A DNA stretch of 64,000 bases from Phoronis australis. Its lineage: Eukaryota; Animalia; Phoronida. Position numbers and translations under genes: made by a program. Positions 34,946 through 44,915 of the stretch are shown one piece after another. The first letter of the stretch is position 1. The number at the start of each line of letters is the position of its first letter. The notes under the pieces are model-generated. The model was not told where the DNA came from and did no database searches. It saw only the letters and a program-made list of their open reading frames with translations. Where the stretch lies: positions 154,731 through 218,730 of the forward strand of contig NMRA01000257.1 in assembly GCA_002633005.1 (NCBI GenBank), in the 5' to 3' direction.

Positions 34946-37900
34946 GTACGTAAAGAAAGAACTTTAAAGCCAGACTTGGTGCTTATTACGTAATTGTACT
35001 TAACGAGTTTCCTTGATGATGTTTGTACTGCCTGTATGTAGGCTATTGCTCGGTGACTGCCCTGCTGCTTTGCCTGGCAGTTACAGACTACAGTGTACAT
35101 TATAATTTATGTGTGTGTTTGTGCTGCGCTTTTTATCAACAGCTTGAAGGTGTCCATCTAAGGCGTTTAGTCCTGCAACAAAATGACCTTGATAGTTTTA
35201 TCCAGGGAAAGGCATAATTTGACAGATTACTTCGTACCCAAGTCAACTCCTGTATACCTTGGACAGTCAGTACTACAGTAGTGACCAGTGTCTCTTCTGA
35301 CCTGTTGAGGCTGTGTGGCCATCCCATTGGCCTGGTGGGTCACTGGTATTGACAAGGTGCCTGCAGGCATGTACCAAAAATTGCGGGTGGTACTTTCAGC
35401 AAGTTTTGCGGGACCCGCGTGGGGCAATTTTTGGTACACTCCTAGGGGCACCTTCACTTTGTCAGTGAGTATGAGTACCCCCTGGGCTCGTAGGCCTTCC
35501 CTTCCATATGCCAGAAGCTTAATTTTCTGCAGCCTATGCCTCACACTGATTAAACCATCAAAGTCTTGCTGCCATATAAGTACTTTTTGCACATAAAGGG
35601 ACTAGGAGGCCGTTGATGTCTTTATAACTCTTCTCCTCTCAAACAAATATAGTTCTGCAATTACACTTTTTCCAAACAGTTCCTCATTCATGCAGTTGCC
35701 CAAATTGATAGGTGACTATGATGTCATATGGATTTCATTTGTTTAATATATTTCCCACATTTCTTGTTTTGGGACGCTCTAAATGTAGTTAATAAAAGTG
35801 GTGTTCTCCTCAGATGACATATTAAGAAGTCTTCTTAACAACTGTTGTTCCTTTTTCTTGTTAGAAAAAAATCAATATTGCATTCAGTTTATATTTCTGT
35901 GGAAGAGAATAATCCGCATAGACTTTGAGAAAGGTTTTCATTGTTTTGATGAATTCTCAACTCATGTTCAAGAACACTAGTTCAACCAAGCTAAGGCACA
36001 CACACCAGTGAATGCAACCTTAATGCTAAAAGTAGTACCTTGCTTATCTAAACAATTTATTCCATCTCAGTAACTTACAAATTGATAATCGTTTTATTGT
36101 TTTTTTGGATCAACTGGTCTCTGTTGCGTGGAAACGGACTGAACTCATCATGTAGTAAAAACGAATGAAATGAATGCATACCAAAAACAGATTGGTGGCA
36201 CTAGGCTGTCCAGGCAGTGTGTGCATAGTCCACACACATAGTTCAGTCACGAATGATTGAAATACATGCATGTACGGACTAAGCAGTGTGGCTGTGACCC
36301 ACTAACCATGGAACACAAAGACCCAGACAAAGAGTTGGTCTGTTAAATACATCAGAAACATTGTGATGATTCCCACATTGGTACCCGTATAACAGTCAAA
36401 TTGCATTGTAACGTAGCTGATAAAGGTTGGCTGGCTTAAAACCTTCCATTCCTCTTACTTCCAAACCCGCTATACTGTACATAAGTTGCCTTGGTTACAA
36501 ACTTTGGTTGCAACAAATACCGTGTGTTGTAATTTGGTTCGATTGTTATTTCCAAAAATAGGAAAAGATCATATAATCTGTTTAGGAGCTTTGATTGCAA
36601 ATAGCTAGGGACTACTGCATGCTTTTTTCACATAAATTGCATATCAGGCTATTCTCTTGTCATCAATTTCATGAGGTCTGCCTCAAGTACTTTTAACTTG
36701 AAATAGAAAAGCTTATCGAGACATTGCGTTTATCACAGTCTGTCACGGACTTTGTCACAGACTTTGTCACAGACTTTGTCACAGACTTTGTCACAGACTT
36801 TTGTCACAGACTCTGTCACAGACTCTGTCACAGACTCTGTCACAGACTCTGTCACAGACTCTGTCACAGACTCTGTCACAGACTCTGTCACAGACTTTGT
36901 CACAGACTTTTGCTGGTGTTTCAGACTACTATGCTAAGCTTCATTGTCCAGTGAACAAAGTACGAGTTGTACATGCAGCTGAAGTGCCAAGCCGAACTAC
37001 ATATACCTACAATGGAAATATACGTAAGCCAGTTGGAATGTTGTGATTCTTATTTCAGATTATTACGATAAAATCCATCGCCAAGGAAACCAAGTGAAGG
37101 TGGTACACGCTGCAGAAGTACCTAGCCGAACTACTTACTCGTATAGTGCTAATATACGTAAGGCTTGTGTGGCTTTGTACCCTCCATAGTAGTAGTACGC
37201 TTTAAAACTACTATTTCGCAGCTGCACAAACTGTCGCAATTCTCAAATTGCTATAATTTGTGTAAATCTTTAATGCACACACCAATAATAATTTGCGTAA
37301 ATTTTCAAAGCACACACCAAATTGCTTTAATACTGCAATACTCGTTAATTTCCGTATGACATTATCATGTACGACTGCATTTCAAAATAAAAAGACAAGC
37401 TTTCCAAGGTTTTTCCCACCAAATCCCCCTCGGCACTTACAACTATTTTTCTTAAGCTTTAAACCCTGCAGACATAGAAGCTTGATTGTCCCACCTCTGC
37501 TGTGTTCTTGTAAAACTGACTTGACTGACAAAACAGCAACTTAGTAATAATTAGTTAGGAGAGTAGTGAGTCCTTTTGGCCACTTTTGGTTGGCTGATAC
37601 ATGTACATGCAGCATTTATCATTTCCAGTAACACACTTTTAGCCACTCACATATTCTTACCATGAATTTAAGATGAATGATTGAACATTCATGTGTAACA
37701 ATTCACTTGTACCTTTTTCAGCACCTATGACGATACCCGAATCTGAGTGGCAGAAGGTGTTAGCTGATCACATGACACACATTAAGAAACTGGAGAAGAA
37801 GTACCAGGAGATGTGTGCGAAACAAGAGGTAATTGTAACAATCCAGGCCGGGCCTCTAACTATGGTTGTGATTCACTGTGAGAACTAGTTTGCCATTTTC

Positions 37901-39520
37901 ATGAGATTTTCAGTTGTAACTTGCTTATCGTTAGTGTTTCTGTGGTGGTAAGATAAGGAACTATAGCCGACTTTGTGATCGGGAATTTAGCATTTCAACA
38001 CATTGAACATCAAATGCAAGCTTGGAAATGTTTTGGCCTTTATTCAACTCCCCACATAGAGCTGTCGCCTTCACAATCCACTGGGGTGTCGTCACTGTCA
38101 TGTATTTTCTGAGGAGAATCTAGCCAAATAAAAATACATGGCAATATCTTGCGTAATCTCGCAGTCTTGCTTTTTAGCGAGGTCTTAGCATAGGTCCTAG
38201 CGTTATTGAACTCTATCCAGTACCTACCCAGGGATTATATGGTTCCAATCTATTCTTGCTCATGATTGGTCATAGAAATGATGTTGAGTAACTTAGCAAC
38301 AAAAGCTTGCCCTCCTAACATTGTAATTGACTTTTACTTTTAGTTTCATGCTGATTTCTATGGGGTGAGGCAACAGCAGTTCTCATCTCACTGTTTACTT
38401 AAACTGTGCTGCTGTTAGTTCGAAGTAAATGCCACCTCTGATGTGACTCCTGTCAGGATAGTCAACTCATGTAACACACTTTGCACACTTAAAATTAATC
38501 TGAGAGCTGCCTGCACTGTGTGACTGATGGGTGTATTTAGTATTTATTTATTATAGTGACAAGTACAACTAAATCAAACAGTTATAGTTATAACATTCGT
38601 AAGAAAGATAAGTACCCAGCCCAGTTGGGCTTATTAGTCACTTTAACCAAAAGCAGACTTGATATATTTGCCAAATTGCCTAGGGAAATACTGAAATAGC
38701 AGTTTTAACGTATCTAATTTACTGAAATGTACAAAGTTCGGGATTTGAAGTGAAACATTATTAAACAGAATAGACCTATGTGAGTTATAAAGAGAACAAT
38801 CAAACACAAAGTGTACCTCATCCTCCACAGAGCCAGAGTCACAACACAAGCAAAGTCTTTCACTTACAGGATTGTTTACATAACGACCAGTTTCCAAGTG
38901 CAATGTCTTGCTCTAAGCTGAGCCAGAAGAGATTGCTAGGAACGAGATAGATTAATCTTTACATACGGCTCAGTTAAAAACTCGTGCTTAAATAAAATGT
39001 AGGTTCTTAACTTAGGTTTAGTTACAACAGATTCAGCCCAAGCATGTATGGGCATGATGTATAATTTAACTACCTCAACACTATCGTTAGCATTTTTGTA
39101 TTAATTTTATATTTGAATACCATTGTCTCAACATTATTGTTAAGTATTTGTATTGTTTTGTTTGAAGAATAAATGGTAAAAAGGTCATACAGTCAGGAGC
39201 TTGATTGTATTTTCGACTTTCATAAGGCCTACTGGAGGCTGGAATGAAACTAGTATTGTCTGTGCGCTGTTATAGCTGTGGTGCTTAAACACACATCAGT
39301 CTTTTGATCCTTCCTCTTCTAGCCCCCATGTGAAGTTGAGACAGTCCACACGAGTCACCCTGGTGCCGGACTAGTCCATTATGCCAAGGACCATAAGGTG
39401 GATCAGGTCGTCATTGGTACCCGTGGAATGAACACATTCCGACGCACATTCCTGGGCAGTGTCAGCGACTATGTACTTCATCATCTGCACAAGCCTATCA
39501 CGGTTGTCCCAGCTCCATAG
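34867..39520 (+). CDS. Universal stress protein (USP/UspA family), ATP-binding type, 160 aa, with alternative exon 2a/2b
   Basis: Exons 34867-34945, [36925-37023 or 37059-37157], 37722-37828, 39323-39520. N-terminal IAVDGSKHAEEAF, VVHAAE strand, C-terminal VVIGTRGMNTFRRTFLGSVSDYVLHH with intact G-2x-G-9x-GS motif. Confidence 0.92.
36739..36910. repeat. 12-bp minisatellite (about 14 copies)
   Basis: Unit ctYtgtcacaga, ending 14 nt before the USP-1 exon 2a acceptor. Confidence 0.95.
36925..37023 (+). CDS. USP-1 exon 2a (putative mutually exclusive)
   Basis: tttcag|AC...C|gtaagc, 99 nt, (Y)YYAKLHCPVNKVRVVHAAEVPSRTTYTYNGNI. Confidence 0.78.
37059..37157 (+). CDS. USP-1 exon 2b (putative mutually exclusive)
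   Basis: tttcag|AT...C|gtaagg, 99 nt, (Y)YYDKIHRQGNQVKVVHAAEVPSRTTYSYSANI. Confidence 0.85.
37722..37828 (+). CDS. USP-1 exon 3
   Basis: tttttcag|CA...GAG|gtaatt; PMTIPESEWQKVLADHMTHIKKLEKKYQEMCAKQE. Confidence 0.88.
38540..39050 (-). mobile_element. 3' end of non-LTR retrotransposon ORF2 (CCHC-type C-terminal motif)
   Basis: KPKLRTYILFK...EPY; LHLETGRY...RLCLCCDSGSVEDEVHFVFDCSLY; AATAAATAAATA tail on minus strand near 38541. Confidence 0.75.
39323..39520 (+). CDS. USP-1 exon 4 (terminal)
   Basis: cttctag|CCC...TAG; PPCEVETVHTSHPGAGLVHYAKDHKVDQVVIGTRGMNTFRRTFLGSVSDYVLHHLHKPITVVPAP*. Confidence 0.92.
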   Translation, partial: PPCEVETVHTSHPGAGLVHYAKDHKVDQVVIGTRGMNTFRRTFLGSVSDYVLHHLHKPITVVPAP

Positions 39521-40131
39521 AGAGAAACATGCCATGCGCATCACATTGTGCCATAGTGTTTCGTAGTTATAAAGGGTTTTCATAAATTCTGGAAATGGAT
39601 GGTGTGGTATATTGCCTCATTTGTATAGCTTTCACCTTCGGTATCTTATTGCTCTTTAGTAAAGGCTTAACTCCAGAATTGGTGCCATAACTTAATCTTT
39701 CACCAAGTAATCATGAAGTACAATTCTGACAAGTTACGACTATTGCCTTACAGGTCTGTGTTAAAATATAGGGTTTAGTCTTACTTTATGTTTTGTTATT
39801 CTGATAGCTTTGGCTGGCATTTCTTGTTTGATTTTTAAAGATGTATTTGCATGCCCCTAACTGTGCTAATCTATATCAGGGACTAAACGAGGATGCTATT
39901 TTAACATAATCTACACTTAACAAATTGCAGTTGTATTCATTGAGAACTTGTAAAATGTGAAAACAAAAAAAATCTGCAAATAAGTGACCTTTGCACTAAT
40001 GACGTAACATGAAAACTCACATAACCCGCATCATGCAGTGTTATTTCCCAACACCACGTCACGATACTCACTGGATAGGGTCCAGTGATTTACAACGGTT
40101 CATTTTCGACACAAAACTCATTCTTAAAAAC

Positions 40132-41289
40132 CATAGGCGGATTTAGGGGGGGGCCCCCCCCCTTGGCTGCGAAAAAATAAAACAGCAAGAGCGTAGGGAA
40201 ATGTTGAGATTATTAATTAACCCCGGTAATTAAAATTATACGGATGAAACAAAGATTTAAATGTGTGCAGANTGTGTTACTTCGTGACTATGAAGGAAAA
40301 GTTCCAAGTAGAAATTTGTTTCTGGCATTCTAATGCTGTGCTAATCTCGTATGTTGGTAAATTTGTTTTTAATTCTATGTTTCTGTGGTGCTTTAAGCAA
40401 CTGGTGTATAGGATGTGCTTGTATTATGAAGATTACTCACATTTTGCCCCTAGCCTATTGAGGAGACAAGGACCATGCCTTTCCATTTTGCAAAGTACAA
40501 CATACTACATATATGCCCTCTACTGGCCACTTTATGGTACCAATAAACAACCCTAGAAGGATACCGTATGCGGTGCAATTGTGGGCGCTTTTCAACGCTC
40601 TGCGTTGCTCTTGTTTAAAGAAAATGGAACCTGAGTGACCTGTGAAAGAACAGAAGCTGCTGGTAAGATGTGAATTTTGATCGAAGCCTCAGTGAATCGC
40701 TCAGAAACTCATAATTCTCTATTTCTCAAACCTTAACTTAAGACGATTTCCAAAGCAATCCCGTCATTATTGCCAACACGAAAAACGGGTTTGGTCTTTT
40801 GGGCATTTGAAGACTATTTTAAATACAACAAATTTGTTAAGAACCGATTGCACAAAATATAAGACGTGTAATAAGCGTTACAAAAAGAAGTAGGTTTCGC
40901 GCGCAAACGCAGTGGACCATAAACAAGTGAAGTAGGTCTCTCATTATGAGATTAGTAGTTAAGTCGTGGTGGTGTAGTGGTAAAGCACGCGCGCTCTATC
41001 CGCCAGGTCATGAATTTAAGTCCCTGCTATTTGCCGTTTTTCCTGTTAGACACGTTCTCCCTTTTTTCTTTTATTTTTTTGCCTCTTTTCCTGGATAGTA
41101 GTTCAGGAATAAAGGAAAATGCTCGATTTTTAGAGGAAAAAACAGAAAAATTTCCTGAGCGGGAGGGGAGCCCCACTCCCGACCTTCCCCCATTCGGTGC
41201 TATGCGCATCTACAATCGTGGATTGCGCAAATGCTTACTGAGCCGGACAAAATGTTGCCCCCCCTTGTGATATCCTAGATCCGCCACTG
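40132..41289. mobile_element. Non-autonomous hAT5-like element (about 1.16 kb, spans an N)
   Basis: cataggcggatttagg ... cctagatccgccactg TIRs; AAAAC on both flanks. Confidence 0.7.
40963..41028 (+). pseudogene. tRNA-derived (SINE-head-like) sequence
   Basis: Box A-like TGGTGTAGTGG and degenerate box B (atttaagtcc) at tRNA spacing; no intact cloverleaf. Confidence 0.4.
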
Positions 41290-41482
41290 AAAACATTTGG
41301 AAATTTCAACCTACTTCATATTCACATGGTCACTGTATTGTGCGTTTCTAATTTATTTGATTAAGCAATCACAGAAATACGGAGTTACTGCAAGTTTGTC
41401 GTCGTGAAAAGGCCATTTTACAGTGTGTGTTATTATATAGACATGTGTTTTTAACTAAATGGAATTGCCTCCTTGCCCTCTA

Positions 41483-41630
41483 CGGTGGCGGATCAAGGAT
41501 TTTTAAAAGGGGGAATGGGTCGTATCAAAGATTTAAAAAGGGTCCAAATCAACAGTTTGAAAATTCTAGATTTAACTAAAATCAAGGGAAAGGGGGATCC
41601 GGACCCCTTTACCCCCTGGATCTGCCTATC
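41483..41630. mobile_element. MITE with 5-bp TSD (same TIR family)
   Basis: cggtggcggatc ... gatctgcctatc; CTCTA on both flanks. Confidence 0.7.
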
Positions 41631-44279
41631 CTCTAGACGCTTAGTAGTGGTGCCACGTTGCTACTTCAATGTCTCCCATTCAGAGATGACTTGGACTAAA
41701 ATGGAAGCCGGTGCTCGATTTGTGTAATTGCATCTCGCCAATGCGATCTCAGATGGTGTTTGGCGTTCTGGGTAAAATCCCGAATCGCCACGAAGTCGCC
41801 ACAGCCCGGCGGTAGCTGGAGACAGGAGGACTTCACACTGTTGAGTGGAAAAAGTTTAAGTGTGCAATTCTATTGTAAATCACCTTCTAATGAAGGAAAG
41901 GGGCATATCATACGTTGTTCAATCTTCGGTTTTCGTCCTTAGGGGGCCCGGTACTAAAGGGGGCGCAATGACATTTAATTAAAATTTGGAGTACAACATC
42001 CTTCTAAAGTCATGTTTCATGTAAATCACCCCTCAAATTAACTTAAGACATCGAAATGTCTGCGGTTATTAACTAAGACACCTCCTAATTAACGACCAAT
42101 TAACAAAGTTTAACAAAACTTCGTTTGCAAAAAATAGTTCAGCAACTGAGACGCGATTTCCCTGGCGTTTGTTGATATAACGAGGGTTTTTGGTTCTCTA
42201 GCGATAAGAAAACCCTCAAAAGGAACAGTTACTTGTATAAAAGAGTAAGTGCAACAATTTCGATTAATGCTATAGATAAAACAAAAATTCAACTTCAGAC
42301 ATGCAACTTATCGCGTGTCTTGCATGAGGTTGCCGTTAAGTGGGTTTGTCCGCAATACGCTCGTTGTGCACACTGACTTGGAAACGAGATAACACGTTAC
42401 GGGTTGCATACGTAAATTATGTGCACAATGTGTTATTTACATGCAACACATACTGAAAATGCTCTATAGGGAATTCATAAAGTTTGTATTTACGTAAAGG
42501 TGGTGACAGGTCCCTAATAGACCTACTCGGATAATTGGATATCAGTGCATGACAGTGTTTTCCCGTTGAGTGACTTCACCAGACGAAGGGGGTTCTGAGC
42601 GTATGATAACATCTAGCTTCTTTGTTTACTGCCAAGAAAAGTCTTTTGTCAGTTATGACAACAGGCTTATTACAGACCACGTGTGCATGAACACCGTCAA
42701 ACCCAGAATGAATTAGTATACATTCAGAAAGAATAGATTATCGTTACTTCGGTTGCAGTTGGGCGATTTTGGCGATTCAAAAATTAAACATGATCACCAG
42801 GACGAGGATTTCAGAAATGCTACTGGTTTATGTTCGAAAATGTTATAACTTAACTTTTATTTTTAACAGCACAGCACAGTCAGCCGAGCTAGATACGATA
42901 GGCTTGAAGATGAGAGCAATTATCGAACAAAAGAGAGCTTTCCCTCCAACCACGAATGCCAGAATGGAGTTAATCAGCCGTGTAAGATATTGGCTACAAG
43001 AGTAAACTTCACAACTTGTTGTTGGGCTATAGAATCGAACAAGTTGGGAGCAACAGGAAAACGCCGTAATGGACTAATTACAGAAGAATAACAAAATAAT
43101 AAACAAACTGTGCTTTATGTGGTAGCCTACTGCATTAACATTTAATGTTAGTCCCACCTTTTATCTGTTATTTCCAATAAGAAAATGTTTACTGTCGCCA
43201 AACTGACGACATGAGCCGACGGTCTGCCTGGCTGGAGTGCGAAGAACGAGGTTGCAGATAAATATAGAGAATTCAGACGTCTTGATAAAAGTTTGGAAAT
43301 CAAGTTTTGCATTCTTATACGTCATGTTTTTATAACTGCATAATTACTTTTGGTGTAGTGGCGAAAATAATCGTAATCTGCCAAAACGACAAGTTTCGTC
43401 TTTGAGACGGACTCTCCCTTTCCGGTGTTCTTAATGTCGGGTTGGCCGAGGTGCAAGTATATATAGCCTTGAAGTGATTAAGCGTACATAGATAACCGTT
43501 TTTTGACATGAATAAGTCAACACGACGCCACTGGGGTGTATTTTTGGCGGCGTGGTATTGCAAAGTTATGTGATTGTATTTCCTTGTTTTATTGATATCA
43601 ACTGTGGATGTAAATGTATGGTGCGTGTACTAGATCTTAGTCCATTGGTAGTTCACATGTCAGTCGCTGTCAGTTTTTCCTTCTGCCTAGTCGGTTATAA
43701 AATTTACTTATTTCAAGCCGACTGAAAATGTTTTCAAAAAATGATATTGTTATGGAATGCAGTAAACATTAAAACGAACTTACTAAAATCTAAACGTTGG
43801 TTTTTGAGCATGCGTGTTTTAGGGCTTACTAATAGGCCTACATTCAACTTTGATTTCTGACTAGCATTCCAGTAATCGGATACGATTCATGACCCTTTCG
43901 TGAAAACGTTGTTATTCTGTAAACTTTCTGACTTGACGTTACGCACTGTAATAGAATGTTGCACACAGTAAAGACGGCGACAGGTTCACATAAGAAGGTA
44001 TTTTTGCGACAACGCATGCGCGCCGGACACACAAAGTTGTTGGGAAGTTTTCCCCGATACTTTCTCTAACCAGAGAAAACTGTTTTGTTTCGCCTAGCTG
44101 CTTTTCTGTCTTGCTGGTGCAGCTTCACACATTTTTGTGACAGTGACATTTCTTGTCCTGGGGACCATGTACATTTGTAGGTACTTGAGTGAATGAATGA
44201 ACAAATGAATGAAAGGAATGAATTAATAAAATTAATGGATGAAATGAAGAAATTTCTTGCAGATTCCAACGACGCCCAT

Positions 44280-44915
44280 TTACAAAAATACAACAAAAAC
44301 TTTGTTGAAAACGCGATTAAACTTTTTGTTTGAGAGCTTGATACAGAGTCGCTTGTAGTGTCGAAGCAATCTCCTTTCTTCAGGTTTGAATCTATTTAGC
44401 AAAACACCGAGAGACATAACAAACAAACAAATTAAAGCACTAGTTATATTTAGAAACTGCATGTTTCATCATCAGGCAGTGAGTGGAATGAACATATAGG
44501 GAGGGAAATAAACAGTGAAACACACGTGACAGAGGGAAGAGGGCATACTGGCAGGGAATGTGAATGTAACACACGAGAGGAAGCCCACAAGCTTATCGAA
44601 ACAGAGCCAGCGTGCGGTACACACCTATCAGCTGCTCATTCAACACAGGTTTTTTTGGTGACTGATCAATAGCGATTCCACATTCTATAGCCGAAGTGTG
44701 TGAACTGCTGAGCGATAAAACAGATCGTCTATAATGAGAGGATTCACAGAGCGTGCGTCATGGAGCTGAAAATTAGCTACCACCATATGGTGGCTTTGAA
44801 ACATTGGACATTATCATCATTTCTAAGATCTGTTGGTTTATTTTCACAAACCTCTGCCTATTTGCATTGGCACAACGTTTCGGTCAGTCATTTCTCTGAC
44901 CATCTTCCGGTGTTA
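44280..44915 (-). mobile_element. Penelope-like element remnant with hammerhead-like motifs
   Basis: MSLGVLLNRFKPEERRLLRHYKRLCIKLSNKKFNRVFN resembles PLE ORF N-termini; CTGATGA.GAAAC at about 44465-44476 and C(G)GAAGA-stem-GAAACGTT at 44871-44912 on the minus strand. Confidence 0.5.

Noticed and set aside
36724-36954. ORFs with SQTL/VTDS/CHRL repeats
   Set aside because: Artefacts of the 12-bp minisatellite; only 36925-37023 is exon-like.
40963-41028. Functional tRNA gene
   Set aside because: Box B and stems are degenerate and the sequence is embedded in a transposon, so it was treated as a SINE-like relic.
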